Source: an uncultured Coriobacteriaceae bacterium (GTDB taxonomy: Bacteria; Actinomycetota; Coriobacteriia; Coriobacteriales; Atopobiaceae). Taken from it: a stretch of DNA of 64,000 nucleotides. Within the stretch, counting starts at the first letter, position 1, and every line of letters begins with the position of its first letter. The stretch covers positions 212,104 to 276,103 of the forward strand of contig CACYWP010000001.1 of assembly GCA_902778135.1 (NCBI GenBank), written 5' to 3'. The position numbers were made by a program, and so were the translations under genes. The notes under the pieces were generated by a model. It did not search any database. It was not told the DNA's origin and was given only the letters and a program-made list of their open reading frames with translations. Shown here in pieces: positions 20,971 through 30,149 of this stretch.

Positions 20971-21813
20971 ATGGCACAGGTCATCGTCGCCGAGGAGGCT
21001 GGTGCCTGCTATGGCGTCGAGCGCGCCTTGCAGATGGTGCGCGACGCGGCCGAGGAGAACGGCGGGCACATCCACACGCTGGGCCCGCTGATTCACAACC
21101 CCCTGGTCGTCGCCGACCTCGAGCGCCGCGGCGTGACGGTCGTCGATGGCCCGCAGGTCGAGGCCGGCTCCACGCTAGTTCTGCGCACCCATGGGGTGAC
21201 GCCGCAGGTCAAGGAGGCCGCGCTCCAAGCTGGGGCGAACGTGCTCGACGCCACCTGCCCCTTCGTCAAGCGGGCCCACCGTGCTGCCGCCCGCCTCGCG
21301 CGCGAGGGCTACCAGGTGCTCATCGTGGGGGAGGAGGGCCATCCCGAGGTGGAGGGCACGCTGGGTCATGCGCCTGACGCCCTGGTGGTGGGCTCTCCCG
21401 AGGATCTGGAGGGGGTCGAGCTGGGGCGCAAGGTGGGCATCGTGGTCCAGACGACCCAATCCGAGGCCAACCTGCGGTCGGTGGTGGGCGCCCTGGTCGG
21501 CCGTGTCGACGAGCTGCTGCTCGTCGACACGATCTGCGAGGCGACGGCAGGCCACCAGGGTGCCTGCGAGCGCCTCGCCCGGACGGTCGACGTCATGGTG
21601 GTCGTGGGCGGCAAGAACTCGGCGAACACGACCCACCTTGCCGACATCAGCAGCGAATGCTGCCCGAGGACCCATCACATCGAGCAGCCAGGCGAGCTGG
21701 ACCGCTCGTGGTTCGCCGATGCGCGGCGCATCGGCATCACGGCGGGTGCCTCGACGCCTGCCGAGCACATCAACGCGGTGCGAGAGGCGATCTGCGCCAT
21801 GGTGGAGTCCTAG
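20971..21813 (+). CDS. ispH: 4-hydroxy-3-methylbut-2-enyl diphosphate reductase
   Basis: Contains GACYGVERAL, LGPLIHNP, THGV, ATCPFV, HPEV and GGKNSANT. Confidence 0.9.
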   Translation: MAQVIVAEEAGACYGVERALQMVRDAAEENGGHIHTLGPLIHNPLVVADLERRGVTVVDGPQVEAGSTLVLRTHGVTPQVKEAALQAGANVLDATCPFVKRAHRAAARLAREGYQVLIVGEEGHPEVEGTLGHAPDALVVGSPEDLEGVELGRKVGIVVQTTQSEANLRSVVGALVGRVDELLLVDTICEATAGHQGACERLARTVDVMVVVGGKNSANTTHLADISSECCPRTHHIEQPGELDRSWFADARRIGITAGASTPAEHINAVREAICAMVES

Positions 21814-21817
21814 GCCC

Positions 21818-23230
21818 ATGCCGACCACGGGCAAGAAGGGTTCCAAGCGTGCGGACTATGCCTCCACGCGACCCCAGGCGGACGGTGCGTGGGTGGCCTC
21901 CGTCGAGCCGGGCAGCCCCGCCGACGACGCCGGCATCGAGGAGGGCATGCGCATCGACGCGGTGGGTGGCGTCCCCTTGCGCGACATCATAGACTGGCGG
22001 TGGGAGGCCGACGGCGAGGTGGCCGAGCTGGACGTCTACGTGCCGGAGGACGACGAGGTCTACGCGGCGACGCTCTATCGCGAGCCGGGCCAGGACTGGG
22101 GCATCGACTTCACCGACGTGCTCTTCGATGGCATCCGCACCTGCGTCAACGCCTGCCAGTTCTGCTTCATGGCGATGCTGCCCGACGACGCCCGCGCCTC
22201 GCTGATGCTGCGCGACGACGACTACCGCCTCTCCTTCCTGCAGGGCAACTTCGTCACGCTGACCAACGTCAGCGACGAGGAGGTGGAGCGCATCATCCGC
22301 TGTCGCCTGGAGCCGATGAACGTCTCCCTGCACGCCATCTCGCCCGAGGTGCGCCGCTCGCTCATCGGGCGGCGGGCCCAGCGTGGCATCGACGTGCTGG
22401 AGCGCCTGCTGGACGCGGGCATAGAGGTTCATGGCCAGATCGTGCTCTGCGCGGGCATCAACGACGGCGACGAGCTGCGCCGCACCCTCGACTGGGTGGA
22501 GGGCTACGACAGCTTCACCTCGCTGGCCCTGGTGCCCATGGGCTACACCAAGTACTCGAAGCGCTTCTCGGCGTCGTTCTCCGAGGACGAGGAGGCGTCG
22601 CGGGCGGTCGTGAGGATGCTGGAGCCCTACCAGCGCAGGGCCCGTGCCCAGCGTGGCATGACGCGCTTCCAGTTGTCCGACGAGTTCTACCTCGACGCGA
22701 GGCTGCCCATCCCGCCCGCCGAGACCTACGACGGCTACCCGCAGTTCTACGACGGCATCGGGATGCTGCGCAGCTTCCTCGACGACTCCGCCGAGGTGTG
22801 CGCCGTGCGGACCGCCGACCTGATGCGCCTGACGGTGGCCCTGCGCCACAGGGGGTGGGAGGCGCTCCTGGTCTGCGGCGAGGCGGCCCAGGGCGTCATC
22901 GGCGAGTTCTGCGACGGATGGACCGTCGTGTGCGACCTGGAGGGCCCCCTGGCGCGCCCCGTCGCCATCCGCAACGACTACTACGGCGGTGACGTCAACG
23001 TCACGGGCCTGATCGTCTCCTGCGACCTGCTGGGCCAGCTGCCCGACGACCTGACGGACAGGGTCGTCGTGCTCCCCGAGGTCATGTTCAACTTCGACCA
23101 CGTGACGCTCGACGGGGACTCCCAGGAGCACATCGTCAGCGAGCTGGAGCGGCGTGGCGCCCGGGTGGCCATCTGCCAGACGACTCCCGCAGACCTGGTC
23201 GACGCCCTGCTGTCCGCCGTGGATGCCTAG
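21818..23230 (+). CDS. PDZ plus radical-SAM-like DUF512 protein
   Basis: N-terminal PDZ (VEPGSPADDAGIEEGMRIDAVGG), then the CVNACQFCF (CxxxCxxC) cluster. Its position upstream of der resembles the arrangement seen in many Gram-positives. Confidence 0.75.
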   Translation: MPTTGKKGSKRADYASTRPQADGAWVASVEPGSPADDAGIEEGMRIDAVGGVPLRDIIDWRWEADGEVAELDVYVPEDDEVYAATLYREPGQDWGIDFTDVLFDGIRTCVNACQFCFMAMLPDDARASLMLRDDDYRLSFLQGNFVTLTNVSDEEVERIIRCRLEPMNVSLHAISPEVRRSLIGRRAQRGIDVLERLLDAGIEVHGQIVLCAGINDGDELRRTLDWVEGYDSFTSLALVPMGYTKYSKRFSASFSEDEEASRAVVRMLEPYQRRARAQRGMTRFQLSDEFYLDARLPIPPAETYDGYPQFYDGIGMLRSFLDDSAEVCAVRTADLMRLTVALRHRGWEALLVCGEAAQGVIGEFCDGWTVVCDLEGPLARPVAIRNDYYGGDVNVTGLIVSCDLLGQLPDDLTDRVVVLPEVMFNFDHVTLDGDSQEHIVSELERRGARVAICQTTPADLVDALLSAVDA

Positions 23231-23359
23231 CGCGGCGCGCCCGCGCGGCAGCGCACGTCACGCGCCAGATGGCGGTGGCGTGTCCGGCGGGGAACCCGGT
23301 CGGGCGGACCTGCGCCACATGGTATCCTTATGCGCGCGAACAAGCAGGAAGGAACTGCT

Positions 23360-24691
23360 ATGCCCAAACCCATCGTGGCCGTGGTCGGCCGTCCCAACGT
23401 GGGCAAGTCGACCCTGGTCAACCGTCTCGCAGAGAAGCGCGACGCCATCGTCCACGAGTCCCGTGGCGTGACGCGCGACCGCTCGTACCATACCACCGAC
23501 TGGAACGGACGCGAGTTCGTCCTCATCGACACAGGTGGCATCGAGTCGTTGAAGAGCAAGGACACCTTCGCCCCGCGCATCCGGGAGCAGGCCCTGGCTG
23601 CATGCGACGAGGCCGACGTCATCGTCTTCGTCGTCGACGGCACCGTCGGCGTGACCGACGAGGACGAGGAGGTCGCCCGTGTCGTGCGCAAGGTGGACAA
23701 GCCGGTCTTCCTCTGCGTCAACAAGCTGGACAACCCCGAGACCGACCTGGAGGCCTGGGGCTACTACTCCCTGGGCGTGGGAGAGCCACGCGCCATCTCG
23801 GCAGGGCACGGCCATGGCACTGGCGACCTGCTGGACGACATCGTTGCGGTGCTGCCCGAGCCCTCCGATGACGAGGGCGTCGACCCGAACGACGACGCCC
23901 TGCCCGTGGCCATCATCGGCCGGCCCAACGTGGGCAAGTCCTCGCTGGTCAACCGCCTGTCCGGGAAGAACCGCGCCATCGTCTCCGACGTCGCGGGCAC
24001 CACGCGCGACGCCATCGACACGCTGGTGCAGTGGAAGGACCAGAAGTTCCGCCTGGTCGACACGGCGGGCATGCGCAAGAAGACCCAGGTGCACGAGGAC
24101 GTCGAGTACTACAGCCTGGTGCGTGGCCTGGAGGCGATGGACCGCGCAGAGGTCGCGCTGCTGGTCGTGGACTGCTCGGTCGGCCTGACGGAGCAGGACC
24201 AGAAGCTTGCCGGCATGGCCATCGACCGCGGGTGCGCGCTGGTCATCGTCCTCAACAAGTGGGACCTCGTCACCGACGAGCAGCAGCGCACCGACATCCA
24301 GAGCTCGCTGGACAAGCGCATGGCCTTCGCGACCTGGGCGCCCGCCATCACGACATCCGCGCTGACGGGCCGCGCCATCGACCGCGTCCTGGCGACCACG
24401 GTGCGCGCCGCGGAGGCGCACGCGCGCCAGATCAAGACCTCCCAGCTCAACGACTTCCTGTCCGGGCTGCGCGAGACCGGCCATACCGTCAGCTCGGGCA
24501 AGCGCCGCCTGCGCCTGCAGTATGCGACCCAGACCGGCACCAAGCCGCCGGTGTTCACCTTCTGGTGCAACGCCCCCGACCTGGTGGACGACAACTACGA
24601 GCGCTACCTCGAGAACCGACTGCGTGAGTCCTTCGACCTCGAAGGCACTCCCATCCGGCTGAAGTTCCGTCGGAAGGACGAGAAGGCATGA
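23360..24691 (+). CDS. der: Ribosome-associated GTPase Der (EngA)
   Basis: Two tandem GTPase domains, each with GRPNVGKS, plus DTGG/DTAG, NKLD/NKWD and a KH-like C-terminus. Confidence 0.9.
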   Translation: MPKPIVAVVGRPNVGKSTLVNRLAEKRDAIVHESRGVTRDRSYHTTDWNGREFVLIDTGGIESLKSKDTFAPRIREQALAACDEADVIVFVVDGTVGVTDEDEEVARVVRKVDKPVFLCVNKLDNPETDLEAWGYYSLGVGEPRAISAGHGHGTGDLLDDIVAVLPEPSDDEGVDPNDDALPVAIIGRPNVGKSSLVNRLSGKNRAIVSDVAGTTRDAIDTLVQWKDQKFRLVDTAGMRKKTQVHEDVEYYSLVRGLEAMDRAEVALLVVDCSVGLTEQDQKLAGMAIDRGCALVIVLNKWDLVTDEQQRTDIQSSLDKRMAFATWAPAITTSALTGRAIDRVLATTVRAAEAHARQIKTSQLNDFLSGLRETGHTVSSGKRRLRLQYATQTGTKPPVFTFWCNAPDLVDDNYERYLENRLRESFDLEGTPIRLKFRRKDEKA

Positions 24692-25347
24692 GTGTCCTTG
24701 CGTTGACGCTGGTATGCATGTGCGTGTCGTTTGCCGTATGTGGCATACCGTTTGGCTTGCTCGTTGCGCGCACCAAGGGGGTTGACGTGCGCAAGGAGGG
24801 CTCCGGCAACATCGGCATGACCAATGTCGCGCGCACCGTCGGCGGTGGCGCCGCCGCGGTGACGTTCGCGCTCGACGTGCTCAAGGGGACGGCCTGCGTC
24901 CTGCTGGCGCGTCTGGCGCTGGCCCACCTCTGCTTCGGTGGCGACTGGTCGCAGACGCTGCCGCAGGCGCCCATGGGCTGGTCGTCCTCCTGCGTCTGGG
25001 CGTCCTGTGTCCTCGGGCACGTCTTCTCGCCGTACCTGGGCTTCCATGGGGGCAAGGGCATCTCGGTGGGCTTGGGGGCGGGCCTGGGCCTATGCTGGCC
25101 AGTGGCACTGCTTGCCCTGGCGGTCTTCCTGCTGATGGCCCTGCCATCGGGCTATGTGTCGCTCGGTTCCATCTGTGCTGCCGCGGCGCTGCCCGTGTGG
25201 GCGCTCGTGTTCGGGTTCACGCCCCAGGCGATGGTCCCGCCCATCATCGTCGCCGTCGTGGTCATCTGGTCGCACCGCGCCAACATCGAGCGGCTGCGCA
25301 CCGGCACCGAGAACAAGTTCTCCGCCAAGGGCAAGAAGGCACGCTAG
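24688..25347 (+). CDS. plsY: Glycerol-3-phosphate acyltransferase PlsY
   Basis: Contains GSGNIGMTNV.R, SPYLGFHGGKG and HRANIERL. The start overlaps the der stop. Confidence 0.85.
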   Translation: MSVLALTLVCMCVSFAVCGIPFGLLVARTKGVDVRKEGSGNIGMTNVARTVGGGAAAVTFALDVLKGTACVLLARLALAHLCFGGDWSQTLPQAPMGWSSSCVWASCVLGHVFSPYLGFHGGKGISVGLGAGLGLCWPVALLALAVFLLMALPSGYVSLGSICAAAALPVWALVFGFTPQAMVPPIIVAVVVIWSHRANIERLRTGTENKFSAKGKKAR

Positions 25348-25478
25348 CAGGCCCCTGCCCAGGCGGAAACCACGTTTCGGTCCTTGCCGGAGCCTCTGCC
25401 CCGTCGTCCTGCGACGAACCGTCCCACACGCGCTATCCTGTCTATGTGCGAGTCCAAGACAAACGAATAGGTGATGAC

Positions 25479-26156
25479 ATGCTATCTGACGTGCGTATCG
25501 CTCCCTCGATCCTGTCCGCAGACCTGATGTGCCTGGGCGAGGAGCTCGATTCGATCAAGAGCGCGGACTACATACACTTCGATGTCATGGATGGCGTGTT
25601 CGTCCCCAACCTGACGTTTGGCCCGACGCTGCTCTCCCAGGTCAAGGCCGCAAGCGACCTGCCCGTCGACGCCCACCTGATGATTTCCGACCCCGACCGC
25701 CGCGTCGGGGCGTATCTGGATGCCGGTGCCGACATCGTCACCTTCCACTACGAGGCCCAGCTCCATGCCCTGCGCACCATCTCGCTCATCAAGGACCGTG
25801 GCGCGAAGGCGGGCATAGCGCTGAACCCCGGAACGCCCACCTCGGCGCTCGAATGCCTGATCGAGGATGTGGACTTGGTCCTGGTCATGTCGGTGAACCC
25901 CGGCTTCTCGGGCCAGGCCTTCATCAGGCACACCTACGACAAGCTGCGCCAGGTGCGCAACATGGCGTCCGAGCATGGCGTCGCCCCCCTCATCGAGGTG
26001 GATGGCGGCATCAGCGCGGCAAACGCGGAGCGGGTCGTCCGCGCGGGTGCCAACCTGCTGGTTGCGGGCAACGCGGTCTTCAAGGCGGACGACCGTGCGG
26101 CGGCGATCGACGACATCCGGGTCGCCGGACGGCGCGGCTTCGGGAGATGGGCGTAG
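25479..26156 (+). CDS. rpe: Ribulose-phosphate 3-epimerase
   Basis: Contains IAPSILSAD, HFDVMDG.FVPN, MSVNPGFSGQ.F and EVDGGI. Confidence 0.9.
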   Translation: MLSDVRIAPSILSADLMCLGEELDSIKSADYIHFDVMDGVFVPNLTFGPTLLSQVKAASDLPVDAHLMISDPDRRVGAYLDAGADIVTFHYEAQLHALRTISLIKDRGAKAGIALNPGTPTSALECLIEDVDLVLVMSVNPGFSGQAFIRHTYDKLRQVRNMASEHGVAPLIEVDGGISAANAERVVRAGANLLVAGNAVFKADDRAAAIDDIRVAGRRGFGRWA

Positions 26157-26158
26157 CG

Positions 26159-27343
26159 ATGGCTGACCAGAGGAGGGTCTACCTCGACTACGCCGCGTCG
26201 GCACCCCTGTCGCAGGTCGCGCGCGAGGCCGAGGTTGCCTACGAGGCGGCCGACTATGCCGGTGCCAACCCCAACTCCCTGCATACGATGGGCCGCCAGG
26301 CGGCTCGGGCGCTCGATGCGGCACGTGCCGACCTGGCGCGGTGCCTGGGCGGAGGCTTCCGTCCAGCCGACGTCACGTTCACCTCGGGCGGTACCGAGTC
26401 CAACAACCTGGCGCTGCTGGGCCTCGCGCTCGGGGCGCGCGACCGCGACCGCAAGCGCAACACGGTGGTCGTCTCCGCCATCGAGCACGACTCGGTGCTG
26501 GACATGCTGCCCACGCTGCGTGCCAATGGCTTCGAGGTCGTGATGGCCCAGCCGGACCGTTCGGGCGTGGTGCGCGCCGAGACCGTGGGGGCCCTGGTCG
26601 GCCGGGACTGCGCCCTCGTCTCGGTGATGAGCGCGAACAACGAGACGGGCATCGTCCAACCGGTGGGGCAGATCGCCCGCGTCGCGCATGCGTCGGGCGC
26701 CCTGATGCACACTGACGCGGTGCAGGCCTTCGGGCGCATCCCGCTGCAGCTTGACGAGGTCGATGCGGTGAGCATCGCCGCGCACAAGATCGGTGGCCCG
26801 GTGGGCATCGCCGCGCTGGTCTGCCGCTCGCGGGTGCGCATCCGCCCCCAGAGCTTTGGCGGAGGCCAGGAGCAGGGGCGTCGTGCCGGGACCCAGGACG
26901 TGCGGGGGGCGCTGGCCTTCGCCGCTGCGGCACGGGACTGCCACGCGCACCTCGACGAGCGTGCCAGCCTGGCGCGCGGGCGTGCCGCCCGCCTGATGGA
27001 CGCGCTGGCAGCGGATGGGAGCGGCATCAGGCCGTCGGTCCCCTTCGACTTGGTGCCGGCCGAGGGCAGGCTGGCGGGCATCGTCTCCGTCCTGTCGCCC
27101 GGCGTCGACTCCGAGACGCTCGTCCTGGAGTGCGACCAGGCCGGCTTCGAGGTCTCGGCTGCCTCTGCCTGCTCGAGCGGATCGCTCGATGCCAGCCATG
27201 TCCTGTTGGCGATGGGCATACCGCGCGACGAGGCGCTCTGCAGCCTGCGCATATCCTTCGACGAGCGCGTCGCACCTTCCGACCTGGACCTCTTTGCCGA
27301 GTCGCTGCGCGACATCGTCGCCCGGCGCTCGCGTCGTCACTAG
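26159..27343 (+). CDS. Class V aminotransferase / cysteine desulfurase (NifS/IscS-like)
   Basis: YLDYAASAPL, FTSGGTESNN, the PLP lysine context SIAAHKIGGPVG, and the active-site Cys in SAASACSSGS. Confidence 0.85.
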   Translation: MADQRRVYLDYAASAPLSQVAREAEVAYEAADYAGANPNSLHTMGRQAARALDAARADLARCLGGGFRPADVTFTSGGTESNNLALLGLALGARDRDRKRNTVVVSAIEHDSVLDMLPTLRANGFEVVMAQPDRSGVVRAETVGALVGRDCALVSVMSANNETGIVQPVGQIARVAHASGALMHTDAVQAFGRIPLQLDEVDAVSIAAHKIGGPVGIAALVCRSRVRIRPQSFGGGQEQGRRAGTQDVRGALAFAAAARDCHAHLDERASLARGRAARLMDALAADGSGIRPSVPFDLVPAEGRLAGIVSVLSPGVDSETLVLECDQAGFEVSAASACSSGSLDASHVLLAMGIPRDEALCSLRISFDERVAPSDLDLFAESLRDIVARRSRRH

Positions 27344-27374
27344 CCCACGAACCCCGGAGAATCGAGGCCATCCC

Positions 27375-28103
27375 ATGAGTACAGAATCCCAGGCGCTGCT
27401 GCGGCTCCAGGAGGTAGACCTTGAGCTGATGCGCCTAAACGGCCAGCTGAGGGCCATGCCCCAGCAGAAGAAGCTCGATGCCATCAAGGCCGCCAAGCGC
27501 AACCTCGCCGGCAAGATGAAGGCCATCGTCGGCCAGCGCAAGGACGCCGAGATGGAGCTGGAGGACAACGAGGCGGCCCGCGAGAAGACGGTCAACCGCA
27601 TTGCCGAGGTGCAGGGCGAGGCCCAGGAGCGCGCACAGGACTTCCGTGGCATCCGCGATCTGGAGGCACATCTGACGGCACTGGCCAAGCAGCTGGAGAA
27701 GACCGAGTTCAAGCATCGCGAGCTGGAGGCCAACCTCGAGAAGCTGATGAAGGCCGAGCAGAACGCCCTCGACCTGGGACGCAAGCTCGACGAGGAGCAG
27801 GTGGCCCAGCAGGAGTCGTTCGAGCGGAGCTCCTCGGAGGTCATGGCGCGGGTCCGCGTCCTGGCGGGCGAGCGCAAGGCGGCGCTCGGCGCGATGTCCG
27901 ACGAGGTCAAGGCCTCGTATGCCGCCGCCGCGAAGCGGTTCGGCGGCCTGGCGGTCGAGCGCCTGCGCGGCAACATGCCCACCACCTGCCGTGTCAAGCT
28001 GCAGCAGGGCATCTTCAACGAGCTGATGCGCGGCCCCGTCATCACCGAGTGCCCGTACTGCCATCGCATGCTGGTGACCGAGGGGGCGCTGGCGGATGAG
28101 TAG
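27375..28103 (+). CDS. Coiled-coil protein with C-terminal C4 zinc ribbon (DUF164-like)
   Basis: Long heptad-rich region, then C..K.......(x)ECPYCHRML. Family assignment is from memory. Confidence 0.6.
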   Translation: MSTESQALLRLQEVDLELMRLNGQLRAMPQQKKLDAIKAAKRNLAGKMKAIVGQRKDAEMELEDNEAAREKTVNRIAEVQGEAQERAQDFRGIRDLEAHLTALAKQLEKTEFKHRELEANLEKLMKAEQNALDLGRKLDEEQVAQQESFERSSSEVMARVRVLAGERKAALGAMSDEVKASYAAAAKRFGGLAVERLRGNMPTTCRVKLQQGIFNELMRGPVITECPYCHRMLVTEGALADE

Positions 28104-29295
28104 GGTAGCGCTGTTCGTCACCGGGGGCATCGCCGCATACAAGGCATGCGAGGTCATGCGCGACCTGCAGAAGGCGGGACACGAGGTGCGCGTGGCGATG
28201 ACGCAGGACGCGACACGCTTCGTGGGCGAGCCGACCTTCGAGGCGCTGACCCACCACCCGGTCCTCACCGACCTGTATGGCCAGCCAGACGACCCCATTC
28301 CCCACATTAGCCTGTCCGAGTGGGCCGATGTCGCGCTCGTGTGCCCCGCGACGGCAAACGTCATGGCCAAGATGGCCGCGGGTATCGCCGACGACGCGGT
28401 CAGCTCGACGCTTCTGGCCTGCGACTGCCCGGTGCTGGCGGCTCCGGCGATGAACGTGCGCATGTGGCGCAATCCCGCCACACAGGCGAACGTGGCGACC
28501 CTGCAGGCGCGTGGCATCGGCTTCGTGATGCCGGGCTCGGGCCTCCTGGCCTGCGGCGACGTCGGCGAGGGCAAGCTGGCGACGGTCGAGGAGATCGTCG
28601 GTGCCACCCTAGGCGCGCTGGCTCGCCCGGGTCACGCGCGCGACCTGGAGGGTCGCGTCGTGCTGGTCAACGCGGGCCCCACACGCGAGGCCATCGATCC
28701 CGTGCGCTTCATCGCCAACGCCTCGACGGGCAAGATGGGCTATGCGATCGCCGCCGAGGCCGTCGCGCGCGGAGCCCAGGTGCGCCTGGTCTCGGGTCCT
28801 GTCTCCCTCGATGCGCCCGGGGGCGTGGAGCTGGTGCCGGTGGTCTCGGCCGCGCAGATGCTCGACGCCTGCCTTGTGGCCTTCGAGGGCGCCGACGCGG
28901 CCATCTGCACGGCTGCGGTGGCGGACTACACCCCCAGGCAGGCGTTCGACCACAAGATGAAGAAGAGCGTGGAGCGCCTGGACGTCATAGAGCTGGTGGA
29001 GACCGCGGACATCCTGGCCGCCCTCAGCGAGCGCAAGGGGCGCCGCGTCGTCGTGGGCTTTGCCGCGGAGACGAACGACCTCATCTCCTATGCCCAGGCG
29101 AAGCTGGAACGCAAGGGCTGCGACCTCATCGTGGCCAACGACGTCTCGCGCTCTGACTCCACTTTCGGTGCCGACACCAGCCGCATCGCCTTCGTGGATG
29201 CCGGGGGCGTCGAGCAGCTCGACACCCTGCCGCTGCCACAGGTGGCCGAGCGGATCGTCGACCGCCTGGTGGCGCTGCTGGGAGAGCGTGCGTGA
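28096..29295 (+). CDS. coaBC: Bifunctional phosphopantothenoylcysteine decarboxylase / phosphopantothenate-cysteine ligase
   Basis: Flavoprotein N-domain (VTGGIAAYKA, PATANVMAKMA.GIADD) and CoaB C-domain (GPTRE.IDPVRFI.N.S.GKMG, AAVADY). Confidence 0.9.
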   Translation: MSRVALFVTGGIAAYKACEVMRDLQKAGHEVRVAMTQDATRFVGEPTFEALTHHPVLTDLYGQPDDPIPHISLSEWADVALVCPATANVMAKMAAGIADDAVSSTLLACDCPVLAAPAMNVRMWRNPATQANVATLQARGIGFVMPGSGLLACGDVGEGKLATVEEIVGATLGALARPGHARDLEGRVVLVNAGPTREAIDPVRFIANASTGKMGYAIAAEAVARGAQVRLVSGPVSLDAPGGVELVPVVSAAQMLDACLVAFEGADAAICTAAVADYTPRQAFDHKMKKSVERLDVIELVETADILAALSERKGRRVVVGFAAETNDLISYAQAKLERKGCDLIVANDVSRSDSTFGADTSRIAFVDAGGVEQLDTLPLPQVAERIVDRLVALLGERA

Positions 29296-30149
29296 GCGCG
29301 CCGACGCGCCTGGCGGTGGGTTGCCACCTGTCCACCTCGGACGGCTATGCCCAGATGGGACGCACGGCGCTGCGCCTGGACGCGTCCACCTTCGCCTTCT
29401 TCACGCGCAACCCGCGTGGTGGCAACGCGAGGGCCCTCGACCCCGACGACGTGGCCGAGCTGCGTCAGCTGATGGGCGAGCACGGCATCGGGCCGCTGGT
29501 CGCCCATGCGCCTTACACGATGAACCTCTGCTCGGCAAAGCCCGAGACCATCGACTTCGCCCGGCGCGCCATGGCAGGCGACCTGGAGCGCATGGAGTCC
29601 CTGCCGGGCAACTACTACAACTTCCACCCGGGCAGCCATGTCAAGCAGGGCATCGACGTCGGCATCGAGCTGATCTGCGCCGGGCTGAACGAGGTGCTGG
29701 TGCCGGGCCAGGGGACCACGGTCCTGCTGGAGACGATGGCGGGCAAGGGCAGCGAGGTGGGGCGCCGGTTCGAGGAGCTGGCCCGCATCATCGAGGGAAC
29801 GAGGCACGACGAGCTGCTGGGCGTGTGCCTGGACACCTGCCATGTCAGCGACGGCGGCTATGACGTCGCGGGCGACCTCGAGGGCGTGCTGGCGGAGTTC
29901 GACCGCGTCATAGGGCTGGACCGGCTGCGTGCGCTGCACCTCAACGACTCGAAGAACCCCTGCGGCGCCCGCAAGGACCGTCACGAGAGGATTGGGCAGG
30001 GGCATCTGGGGCTGGACTGCTTTGCGGCAATCGTCCGTCACCCCCTGCTGCGGACGCTGCCGATGATTCTGGAGACCCCCAACGACCTGGATGGGTATGC
30101 TGCCGAGATCGCCCAGCTGCGGGCCCTGGCGGGGGAGAGGGAGGCCTGA
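29292..30149 (+). CDS. nfo: Deoxyribonuclease IV (endonuclease IV)
   Basis: Contains HAPY..NL, LETMAGKGSE.G, CLDTCH and LHLNDSK..G...DRHE.IG.G. Confidence 0.85.
   Translation: MSAPTRLAVGCHLSTSDGYAQMGRTALRLDASTFAFFTRNPRGGNARALDPDDVAELRQLMGEHGIGPLVAHAPYTMNLCSAKPETIDFARRAMAGDLERMESLPGNYYNFHPGSHVKQGIDVGIELICAGLNEVLVPGQGTTVLLETMAGKGSEVGRRFEELARIIEGTRHDELLGVCLDTCHVSDGGYDVAGDLEGVLAEFDRVIGLDRLRALHLNDSKNPCGARKDRHERIGQGHLGLDCFAAIVRHPLLRTLPMILETPNDLDGYAAEIAQLRALAGEREA

Noticed and set aside
25934-28069. 711-aa minus-strand ORF; similar long antisense ORFs at 32829-34916, 36522-38309, 46341-47888, 21770-23131 and 994-1968
   Set aside because: All lie opposite genes with unmistakable conserved motifs (cysteine desulfurase, FAD oxidoreductases, GH1, DUF512, cdsA). 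Their translations are low-complexity (R/A/G/P-rich), so they are shadow ORFs of a high-GC genome.
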